A stretch of DNA of 64,000 nt, from positions 2,112,001-2,176,000 of the forward strand of contig OY970303.1 in NCBI GenBank assembly GCA_963716255.1, given 5' to 3'. Origin of the DNA: an uncultured Gemmatimonadales bacterium (lineage in GTDB: Bacteria > Gemmatimonadota > Gemmatimonadetes > Longimicrobiales > Longimicrobiaceae). Under the pieces are notes generated by a model. It searched no databases, was not told the DNA's origin, and saw nothing but the letters and a program-made list of their open reading frames with translations. This document shows positions 8,274 through 50,800 of the stretch, piece by piece; position 1 is the stretch's first letter; every line of letters begins with the position of its first letter. The translations under genes and the position numbers were made by a program.

Positions 8274-8791
8274 GGATCCTCCTCGAGGCTGCGCGGGGGA
8301 AAGGCTTCCAGCGTACGGATCGCGCGCAGGCACGGCCACAGGAGCGCGGCCCCGCCGACGCCGAAGGCGCAGTCGATCAGGCGCCAGTAGAACGGGATCC
8401 CCCGCACCGCCCCGGCGATCAGCGCGAGCGGGATCACCCCGGCGCACGCGACCAGCCCGAAGGTGACGACCCACACGTTGCGCACGGGGTCGCGCAGCGG
8501 GCCCAGGAACGCGACCGCGATCGCGAGGTGAGCGAACGCGAGCCAGTCCGTGCCATAGGCGAGGAAGGGATAGCGGGCGTTGGTGTCCGCGAGCGCGTGG
8601 CGGACGGTCACCAGCCACCCGACCACGCCCTGCACGTCGCCGGGGCGCGCCGCGCCGGCGCCGAGGACGCCGGTTAGCCAGCGCAGCTCGGCCTCGAGCG
8701 GAAAGGCCGTGAGGCCGCTGAGCACCAGGCCGGCGATGAACGCCAGCAGGAGCACGCGCACGCGCCGCGTGAGCCGTTCCGTCCGCGTCAC
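8270..8791 (-). CDS. Hypothetical membrane protein
   Basis: GTG start overlapping the upstream stop; several hydrophobic helices; GLVLSGLTAFPL, YPFLAYGTDWLAFAH, WRLIDC. Confidence 0.75.
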   Translation of the reverse strand: MTRTERLTRRVRVLLLAFIAGLVLSGLTAFPLEAELRWLTGVLGAGAARPGDVQGVVGWLVTVRHALADTNARYPFLAYGTDWLAFAHLAIAVAFLGPLRDPVRNVWVVTFGLVACAGVIPLALIAGAVRGIPFYWRLIDCAFGVGGAALLWPCLRAIRTLEAFPPRSLEEDP

Positions 8792-9510
8792 GGGATCCCG
8801 CGGGGGTTCGCCGGCGGGTCGCCGCCCCGCAGCCGCCCGACGATGGCGGCCACGTGCAGCGCGGTGGTGTCGAGCGCCGGGAGGTCCGCGACCACCTCCG
8901 CGCGGAGCAGCAGCGGCAGCTCCGTCCCGCCGAGGATCACCCCGTCGATCCCCTCCTCCTCCCGCAGGCGGCCGGCCAGCGCGGTGACCCGGTCCCGCGT
9001 CTCCTCGCGGAACTCGCCCCGCAGGAGCTCCCCCACGTAGCGCGCGTGGATCCAGGCCCGGTCCCCGTCGCCGGGGGGCACCACGGCGATGCCGTGGCGC
9101 GCGAACACCGCGGGATAGAAGGGGCCCTCCATGGTGAAGCGCGTGCCGAGGAGGGCGAGCCGGCCCAGTCCGAGCCGCCGGGCCTCCCGCGCGCACACCT
9201 CCACGATGCTCAGCAGCGGCACGGGCGACAGCGCCGCGAGCTCGTCGAACACCAGGTGGGGCGTGTTTGCCGTCATGGCGGCGAAGTCGGCGCCGGCGCC
9301 CGCGAGCCGGCGCAGCGACTCCAGCAGGTACTCGACCAGCGCCGCCCGGTCCGTTTCCACGAGGCGCAGGGCCAGGCGGACGTCCAGGCTGTCGATGACG
9401 ACGGACGGGGCCGTGGACGGGTCCTCCCGCTCCCACGCCTCCAGGATGCGGCGGTAGTAGTCGATGGTGGACTCCGGGCCCAGCCCGCCGACGATCCCGA
9501 CTCTGCTCAT
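8788..9510 (-). CDS. Asp/Glu racemase family protein (both catalytic Cys positions substituted)
   Basis: GIVGGLGPESTIDYY and LLGTRFTM. TANT in place of CNT; LGGTEL in place of GCTE. Confidence 0.85.
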   Translation of the reverse strand: MSRVGIVGGLGPESTIDYYRRILEAWEREDPSTAPSVVIDSLDVRLALRLVETDRAALVEYLLESLRRLAGAGADFAAMTANTPHLVFDELAALSPVPLLSIVEVCAREARRLGLGRLALLGTRFTMEGPFYPAVFARHGIAVVPPGDGDRAWIHARYVGELLRGEFREETRDRVTALAGRLREEEGIDGVILGGTELPLLLRAEVVADLPALDTTALHVAAIVGRLRGGDPPANPRGIP

Positions 9511-9548
9511 CTCGTGGCTCTCCTCCGGGGGTGCGGGGCGCCGTCGCG

Positions 9549-10073
9549 CTAGCGGTCCATCACCGGGAGGTACGCGCGCCACGGGCCGACCGCCTCGCGG
9601 TACTGCTTCGCCATGACCCGGGCCGTCTGCGCCAGGTGCCCCAGGTCGTGCGCGACCCAGGTGGACAGAAGCTGCCGCAGCGTCACCGGCCCGAACTCGG
9701 GGTGCTCGCCTTCCAGGGCGAGCTGGGCGTCGGTCAGGCGCCACGCGGCGAGCGTGGCCAGGCTCTCCGCACGCAGGTGCGCGAACTCGTCCAGGAGATC
9801 GGCGAGCGGCCTGCCCTGGCTCTCGCGGAGCTGGGCGAAGCGGTCGAACGGGGTGAAGCGGCGCTCGGCGCCCTGGGCGAGGATGAGCCGCGCGCGCGGG
9901 ATCCAGTCGGTGCGCTCGCCGTGGACCAGGTGGCCCACGATGACGTACGGGCTCCACGTCGCCGGGCCCTCGGTCGCGTCCGTCCAGGCGGGCGGAAGGC
10001 CGGCGAGCATGGCGCGCAGGGCGTGCGGCGTGCGCTCCAGGACCGCGGTGCTGGCCGACAGGTCGAAGTCCAT
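9549..10073 (-). CDS. DinB family protein
   Basis: WSPYVIVGHL...HPEFG.VTL.QLLSTWVAHDLGHLAQ His triad. Confidence 0.88.
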   Translation of the reverse strand: MDFDLSASTAVLERTPHALRAMLAGLPPAWTDATEGPATWSPYVIVGHLVHGERTDWIPRARLILAQGAERRFTPFDRFAQLRESQGRPLADLLDEFAHLRAESLATLAAWRLTDAQLALEGEHPEFGPVTLRQLLSTWVAHDLGHLAQTARVMAKQYREAVGPWRAYLPVMDR

Positions 10074-10100
10074 TCGTGCCTCCCTGGAACGGCTTGTTTA

Positions 10101-10249
10101 CGGCAGGATTCGGGCGTGCCCCCGGCTGGCGCCGGGGTCGGGCTTCGGCTCCGTAGCAAACGATACTACCGTTTGCAACGGAGTCGAGCCCCGACGATAC
10201 TGCTGTCGGGTCTCGCCCCTTCGGGCCGAAATCCCTCACGCAAATGCCG
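10101..10249 (-). repeat. Structured dispersed repeat, copy A
   Basis: Reverse complement reads GCGTGAGGGATTTCGGCCC...GCCGAAGCCCGACCCCGGCGCCAGCCGGGGGCACGCCC, shared with the copies at 11232 and 63420. Confidence 0.9.
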
Positions 10250-10274
10250 ACGTGGCCGCAATCTCCAGCCGTTG

Positions 10275-10360
10275 CCCCCTCTCCCAGAATGGCGCTTCAC
10301 GCTTCGCGTGAACCGGATGAAGGGAGAGGGTGGCGAGCCTCAAGCGAGCCGGGTGAGGGC
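10275..10360 (-). repeat. REP-like palindromic element (CCCTCACCC...CCCTCTCCC...GGGAGAGGG type)
   Basis: CCCTCTCCC/GGGAGAGGG stem enclosing a TTCACGC-ttc-GCGTGAA hairpin, plus GGGTGAGGG at 10351-10359. Single copy in this window. Confidence 0.55.
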
Positions 10361-10414
10361 CACGCCGCAATCTGGAATCCCCAGGCGCCGCCTGCAAGAC
10401 GGGCGGCGCGCCGG

Positions 10415-11167
10415 CTAGCCGCCCCGGAACCGGAAGGGCTCGCCTCCCACCAGCTGGTCGCTGGTCACCGTGGGGCACCAGCGCCGCTCGACGTGGGCGA
10501 CGACCTGCGCGGTGCCCCAGGCGTGGCCGCGCGGGTCCCGGTGGAAGGAGTCGGTCAGGTCGCGGCAGAGCACCGGCCGCTTGCCCAGCAGCACGAGCTG
10601 CCGGATCCCGTACGGCCGCCCGAGGACGCAGAGGTTGGTGTGCACCCCCATCACGACGACGTCCCGGATCCCGCGCTGCTCCAGCAGGTTGAAGACCTCC
10701 TGGCCGTCGTCGCTCACCGCGTCCTCCGGCAGGATGCCGATCAGCGGGGTCTGCCGGGTCCAGGGATAGGGGGGGCCGGCCTCGCCGCAGGGCTCGGCCG
10801 AGTCGCACGAGCACGGCCCCGGGTCGGTCAGCGTCGCGGGCAGCGGCGATTCCCCGTCGTGCTCCCACCCCTGCCAGTCGATGGGGACCGGCGCCCGGGC
10901 CCGGGGAGCCCGGACGGCACGCTCGCGGGCCGGCGTGCCGCGGTAGAAGTCCACGCACCCGCTGGGCGCGTGGACGACGAGCGCGCCCCGCTCGCGCAGC
11001 CCGGCGACGACTTCGTTCATCCGCGGCGCCATCTCGGCGACGCGGCGGGCCGCGGAAACGCAGTGGTGGGCGTCCCACATGTCGCACACGACGACGGCCG
11101 CCCTCGCGGGATCCCGGTCCGCGCGGAGCGCGCCGCCCGCCCGGTCGGGGATGCGGTCGCCGGTCAT
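10415..11167 (-). CDS. Isochorismatase-like cysteine hydrolase
   Basis: VVVCDMWDAHHC, LVVHAP, VMGVHTNLCV, RDLTDS. Confidence 0.82.
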   Translation of the reverse strand: MTGDRIPDRAGGALRADRDPARAAVVVCDMWDAHHCVSAARRVAEMAPRMNEVVAGLRERGALVVHAPSGCVDFYRGTPARERAVRAPRARAPVPIDWQGWEHDGESPLPATLTDPGPCSCDSAEPCGEAGPPYPWTRQTPLIGILPEDAVSDDGQEVFNLLEQRGIRDVVVMGVHTNLCVLGRPYGIRQLVLLGKRPVLCRDLTDSFHRDPRGHAWGTAQVVAHVERRWCPTVTSDQLVGGEPFRFRGG

Positions 11168-11231
11168 GGGCCGTGCAGGTGGAGCATGGGAGATCCATGT
11201 GAATCGGGCTCCTGCCGGGCCCGGAGGCCGC

Positions 11232-11393
11232 GCAGGAGCCCGCGTGAGGGATTTCGGCCCGAAGGGGCGAGACCGCGCGGCACCTCAGTTCAGAGGTGCT
11301 GGCGCGGGCTCGACTCCGTTGGGCAGCGTTGTTTGCTGCCTTATGGAGCCGAAGCCCGACCCCGGCGCCAGCCGGGGGCACGCCCAACCCTGC
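11232..11393 (+). repeat. Structured dispersed repeat, copy B
   Basis: Core GCGTGAGGGAT...GCACGCCC at 11242-11385, immediately downstream of the NRPS-B stop codon. Confidence 0.9.
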
Positions 11394-11408
11394 AGTTCGA
11401 CACCCCGC

Positions 11409-44816
<33,408 letters not shown>

Positions 44817-44850
44817 GTGCGGCAATGACAATGTTGAAGGATCGCGGGCT

Positions 44851-47800
44851 CTACCGCGCTACCACCGGACGCGACGCCGTCTCGGCGTCGGGGTCCTGCT
44901 CGGATTCCAGCTCTTCGAGGTGCTCCGCCATCCGATCGTCGTCCAGGTCGCCGATCAGGAGGTCCTCCACGATCCTGGCCAGGGCTTCCACGGTGCGCAG
45001 CTCGAACACGGCGCGCAGCGGCACCTCGAGCTCCAGCGCCTCCCGCAGCCGCGACACCACCTGCGTGGCCAGCAGCGAGTGCCCGCCCAGCTGGAAGAAG
45101 TTGTCCTCCGCCCCCACCCGCTCCAGCCCCAGAAGCTCCGCGAAGATTCCCGCCACCAGCTCCTCCATCTCCGTGCGCGGCTCCACGTATTCCCTTTCGG
45201 ACCCGCTCTCCGGCGCCGGCAGCAGGCGCCGGTCGACCTTTCCGGCGGCCGACACCGGCAGCTGCTCCATCACCACGAACGCGCCCGGCACCATGTACTC
45301 CGGCACCTGCTCCGCCACGTGGGTCCGCAGCGCCGCCACCGCGAGATCCGCCGACGCCACCTCCACCCCCGCCTCCGGCACCACGTACGCCACCAGCCGC
45401 TGCTGTCCCGGCACGTCCTCCCGCAGCAGCACGGTCGCCTCCCGCACCTGCTCGTGCCCGCGAAGCACCGCCTCGATCTCTCCCAGCTCCACCCGGTACC
45501 CGCGCACCTTCACCTGGTGGTCCGCACGCCCCAGGAACTCGATCTCCCCGTCCGCGCGCCGCCGCCCCAGGTCGCCCGTCCGGTACAGCCGCGCGCCCGC
45601 CACCCCCCGGTGCGGGTCCGGGAGGAACCGCTCCGCCGTCAGCTCCGCCCGGCCCATGTATCCCCGCACCACCCCCACCCCCCCGATGTACAGCTCCCCG
45701 GCCACCCCGAGCGGCGCCGGCTCCAGCCACCGGTCCAGCACGTACAGCTGCGTGTTCCCGAACGTCCGCCCGATCGGCGGGTCCCCGTCCTCGGCCGTGT
45801 ACGCGCTGGAGGTGTTGCGGATGCTCGCCTCCGTCGCCCCGTACCCGTTGAAGAACTTCCGCCCCTCCGCGCTCCAGCGCCGCAGCTGCTCCCCCGGGAG
45901 CCTGTCCCCGCCGGCGATCAGCGTGCGCAGCTCCGGCAGCTCCTCCACCGGCGTGGCCGCCAGCGCCGACTGCATGGTCTTCACGTGCGTGATCCGCTGC
46001 TCGCGCAGCAGCCGCAGCAGGTCCTCGCCCGGCAGCATCGCCCTGCGGGGCGCCACCACCAGCTCGGCCCCGCTGCTGAGCGCGATGAACATGTCGCCCA
46101 CCGACGCGTCGAAGTGCAGCGGCGCGTACAGCAGGTTGCGGTCGCCGGGGCGGGAGTCGTAGATGCGGACCAGCTCGCGGATGGTGTTGGCCACCGCGCG
46201 GTGCTCCACCAGCACGCCCTTGGGGCGGCCCGTGGAGCCGGAGGTGTAGATGACGTACGCCAGGTTGTCGGAAACGACCCCGGCGGCAGGCGCCGCCTCG
46301 CTCTCCTGGGCCAGGCGCCCGGCCTCGGCATCCACCAGGAACAGGGGGAGGCCGCAGTCAGCGAGCCGATCGGCGAGGGCCGCCTGCGTCAGCATCAGGA
46401 TCGGGCCCGCGTCGCGGATCATGTAGGCGCGCCGCTCGGCGGGGAGCTCGGGATCCAGCGGCAGGTAGGCGCCGCCGGCCAGCATCACGCCCAGCACGGC
46501 CACGATCATCTCCGGGGCCGGGTCCATGCAGATGGCCACGCGCACCTCGGGGCCCACGCCCTCGCGCCGCAGCAGGTTGGCGAGCCGGCAGGAGCGCCGG
46601 TACAGCTCGGCGTAGCCGAGACGCTGCCCCTCGAAGCGCAGCGCGGGCGCGTCGGGCGTGCTCTGCACCTGGGCGTGCACCATCTCGTGCAGGCACAGGT
46701 CGCCGGTGTAGCCGGTGTCGGCGCCGTTCCAGGCGTGCAGCAGCTGCTCGCGCTCGGCGGCGCGCAGCAGCGGCACCTCGGAGAGGCGCTGCCCGGGGTG
46801 CGCGGCCATGGCATCCAGCACTACCTCCAGGTGGCGGGCCAGCTGCTCCGCGGTCTCCGCTTCCACCTGGGCGCGGTCGTAGCGGACCTCCACCTTGAGG
46901 CGCGATGCGCCGTGCGCCGACAGGAGGAGCGGGTAGCTGGTCTGCGCGTGGACGAGGTTGGTCCGCACCCGCAGCTCCCCGAGGCCGTCCGCCTGCTCTC
47001 GCATGGCCTCGTCCACGGGGTAGTTCTCGAACGCGAACAGGCTTTCGAAGAGCGCCTCGCCCGCGGGAACGTCGCTCCACCGCTGCACCTCGCCCAGCGG
47101 CGCGTACTCGTGCTCGCGCGCCTCCACCTGCTGCGCCTGCAGCTCCGCCAGCCACTCCCCCAGGCCGGCGGAGTCGTCCAGGCGCACCCGCACGGGGAGC
47201 GTGTTGATGAACAGCCCCACCGTCTCCTCCACCCCCGGAAGCTCGGCCGGCCGCCCGGAAACGCTCGACCCCAGCACGACGTCCTCCACCCCGGCGTACC
47301 GGCCCAGCAGCAGCGCCCACGCCCCCAGCACCAGCGTGCTCGTGGTCACGCCCCACCCGCGCGCCTGCTCCTGCAGCGCGCGCGTCCGCTCCTCCGACAG
47401 CAGCCGGCCCGTCACGCCCAGGCCGCGCGCCCCGTCCGCGCCGCCGCGGCCCGACCGCGCCCCCGGCAGCGGGGTGGGGGCGTCGAAGCCGGCCAGCGTC
47501 TCCGTCCAAAAGCGCTCGGCCCGCGAGCGGTCCTGCCGCTCCAGCCACGCCACGTACTCGCGGTACCGGTGCCCCGGCCCGGTCTGCGGCGCCTCCCCGC
47601 GGGCGTACGCGGAGTACTCCCGCAGCACGTCGCGGAAGATGAGCGACAGGCTCCACCCGTCCAGCACCACGTGGTGGTGCGTCCAGACGAGCTGGTGCTC
47701 GTCGTCGCCCAGGCGGAACAGCGCCACGCGCATCAGCGGCGCGCGGCCCATCTCGAAGCCGTTCCCGCGGTCCGCTTCCAGGAAGCGCTCCAGGCGCGCC

Positions 47801-50800
47801 TGCCGCTCCTCCGCCCCCAGCCCCCGCCAGTCCTCCCGCCGGAAGGGCAGCTCCACCTCGCGGCGGACGACCTGCACCGGCCGCGGCAGCCCCTCCCAGG
47901 CGAACGCCGCCCGCAGCGCCTCGTGGCGCGCGACCACGCCCTGCCACGCCCGCTCCAGCGCTCCGGCGTCCAGCGGCCCTTCCAGCAGGAAGCCGAACTG
48001 CCCCGTGTACTCGCCCGATCCCGGCGACAGGAGCGAGTGGAAGAGCATCCCCTCCTGCAGGGGCGAGAGCGGATACACGTCCTCCACCCCGCGCCCGCTC
48101 CCCAGCAGCGCGTCCAGCGACGCCGGGTCCAGCCCGGCCAGCGGGAAGTCGCTCGGAGTGCAGCCGCCCGCCTCCGCGCCGCGGCAGTGGGCGATGAGCC
48201 CCCGCAGCTCGGCGGCGTACTCCTCCGCCAGGCGCTCCACCCCCTCCCGCCGGTGGACTCCCTCGGCGTAGCCGATCTGCAGCTCCAGGCACCCGGCCTG
48301 CACGGACCCGCCCACCTCCAGGAGGTGGGGACGCCGGCTGCCCCGGTCCATCGAGGGCCCGGCCGACTCCGGCGCGAAGCCGAAGAACGCCTCCGTGGAG
48401 ACGGCCTGGTCGAACTGCCCCAGGTAGTTGAAGCCCACCTCGGCCTGCGCCGCCCCGGCCAGCTCCGCCGCGGTCTCGCCCCCGCCCAGGTAGCGCAGCA
48501 CCCCGTAGCCGATCCCGCGCCCCGGCACCGCGCGCAGCTGCTCCTTGACCGCCTTGAGCGCCGCCCCGGCGTCGTCCCCCTCGGGCAGCTCCAGCACGAC
48601 CGGGTACACACTGGTGAACCACCCCACCGTGCGCGACAGGTCCACCCCGCCGACGACCTCCTCCTCGCGGCCGTGCCCCTCCAGCTCCACCCGAAGGCGC
48701 CGCTCGCCGGTCCAGCGCCGCAGCGCGCCGGCCAGCGCCGTCAGCAGCACCTCGTCGATCTGCGTGCGGTACGCCGCGGGCACCTCGCGCAGCAGCGCCT
48801 CCGTCTCGTCCTGCGTCAGACCCAGCCTCACACCCCGCTTATGCGCCAGCGTGTTCTCGGCCCGCGGGTCGTCGACGGGCAGCGGCGCCACTTCCCGGGC
48901 GGCCTGACCGGTCCAGTACGCGGCCTCGTCCGCCAGCGTCCCGGAGCGGGCCAGCTCGGCCAGGCGCTCCGCCCACGCCTTCCACGACGTCGTCTTGGGC
49001 GGAAGCTCGACGGATTCCCCGCGCGCAAGCTGGGTGTAGGCGGTCTCCAGGTCCTCCAGCAGCACGCGCCAGCTCACCCCGTCCACCACCAGGTGGTGCG
49101 CCACGGCCAGCAGCCGCCCGGCCTCCCCGCCGCCCGGCTCGAACCAGGCCATGCGCAGCAGCGGCCCGCGCGACAGCTCCAGGCTCCGCTGCACCTGCGC
49201 CGCGGCCGCCTCGACCGCGCCCCCGCGCCGGTCCGCCGGCAGCGACGACAGGTCCAGGACCGCGAGCGGACCCCGCGCGGAAACGTCCGCGTGCGACTGC
49301 GTCCAGCCGCCGTCCGCCTCCGGGCGGAAGCGCAGCCGCAGCGCGTCGTGGTGCGCCTCCAGCGCCGCCGCGGCCCGCGCCAGCAGCCCCGCGTCCAGCA
49401 CGTCGCGGGGACGCAGGAGCAGCGCCTGGTTGAAGTGGTGCCGCGCCGGCTGCTCCGTCTCGAAGAAGCGCTGCTGCACCGGCGTCAGCGGCGCCTCGCC
49501 CGTGACCGGGTGCTGCGACGCCCCGTCGGCCTCGAGACCGACCCGCTCCGCCACCTCGGCGAGCCCGGCGATCGTGGGCCGCTCGAAGACCTGCCGCGGC
49601 GTCAGCCTGAGGCCCCGCTGCCGCGCGCGGGAGACCACCTGGATGGACAGGATGGAGTCGCCGCCCAGCTCGAAGAAGTTCTCCTCCACCCCCACCCGCT
49701 CCACCTTGAGCACGCCGGCCCAGACGGCGCACAGGATCTCCTCCGCCTCCGTGCGGGGCGCGGTGTGCCGCTCTGCGCCGCCGCGCTCCGGCGCCGGCAG
49801 CGCCCGCCGGTCCAGCTTGCCGTTGGCGGAGAGCGGCAGCTTCTCCAGCACCACGACGGCGCCCGGCACCATGTAGTCGGGAAGCCGCTGCCCCAGGCGC
49901 GCCCGCAGCTCCGCCGTGGAGATCTCCGCGCCCTCCCACGGGACCACGTACGCGGCCAGCCGCTTCTGGCCCGGCGCGTCCTCGCGCACCACGACCACCG
50001 CTTCGTGCACCCCCTCCTGCTCCAGCAGGACGGCCTCGATCTCCCCCGGCTCGATGCGGAACCCGCGGATCTTGACCTGCGTGTCCACCCGCCCCAGGAA
50101 CTCCAGCTCTCCGTCGGCGCGCCGCCGCACCCGGTCGCCCGTGCGGTACAGGCGCGAGCCCGGCCCGGCGCCGAACGCGTCGGGCACGAACGCCGCGGCC
50201 GTCACGTCCGCGCGGCCCAGGTAGCCGCGCGCCACCCCGGCGCCGGCAAGCCACAGCTCGCCCGGGACCCCCACCGGCAGCAGGTTCCCGGCGGGGTCCA
50301 CCACGTGCATCCCCACGCCCGGCAGCGGACGCCCCACCATCTGCCAGCCGTACGTCGTCCCGCGCTGGAGCGGCGTGGCCGAGCTGATGATCGTGTTCTC
50401 GGTGGGGCCGTACATCGCCCACACCTGCGCCGCGGGGAAGGCGGACCGCGTCTGCTCCAGCAGGTCGGGCGCGACGGCGTCGCCGCCCACGAACACCCTG
50501 CGGACGTTCGGCAGCGTCCCGCGCCCGGCCTTGACCCTGGCCACCACCTCGCGCATCAGCACCGGCACCGCGTGCAGCGCGTCCGCCCGGGCCAGCTCCT
50601 CCACCAGGCGCTCCACGTCGCGCACCGTCTCCTGCGGCAGCAGGCGCACCTGCCCGCCCGAGAGCAGCGGGGTGAAGACCTCGAAGCCCCAGATGTCGAA
50701 GGCGTAGCTGGCCAGCACCGGCATCACCTCGCCGGCGGCGAGGCCGAAGACCTCGCGCGAGCCCAGCAGCGTGCTCGCCAGGCTGGCGTGCTCCACCACC

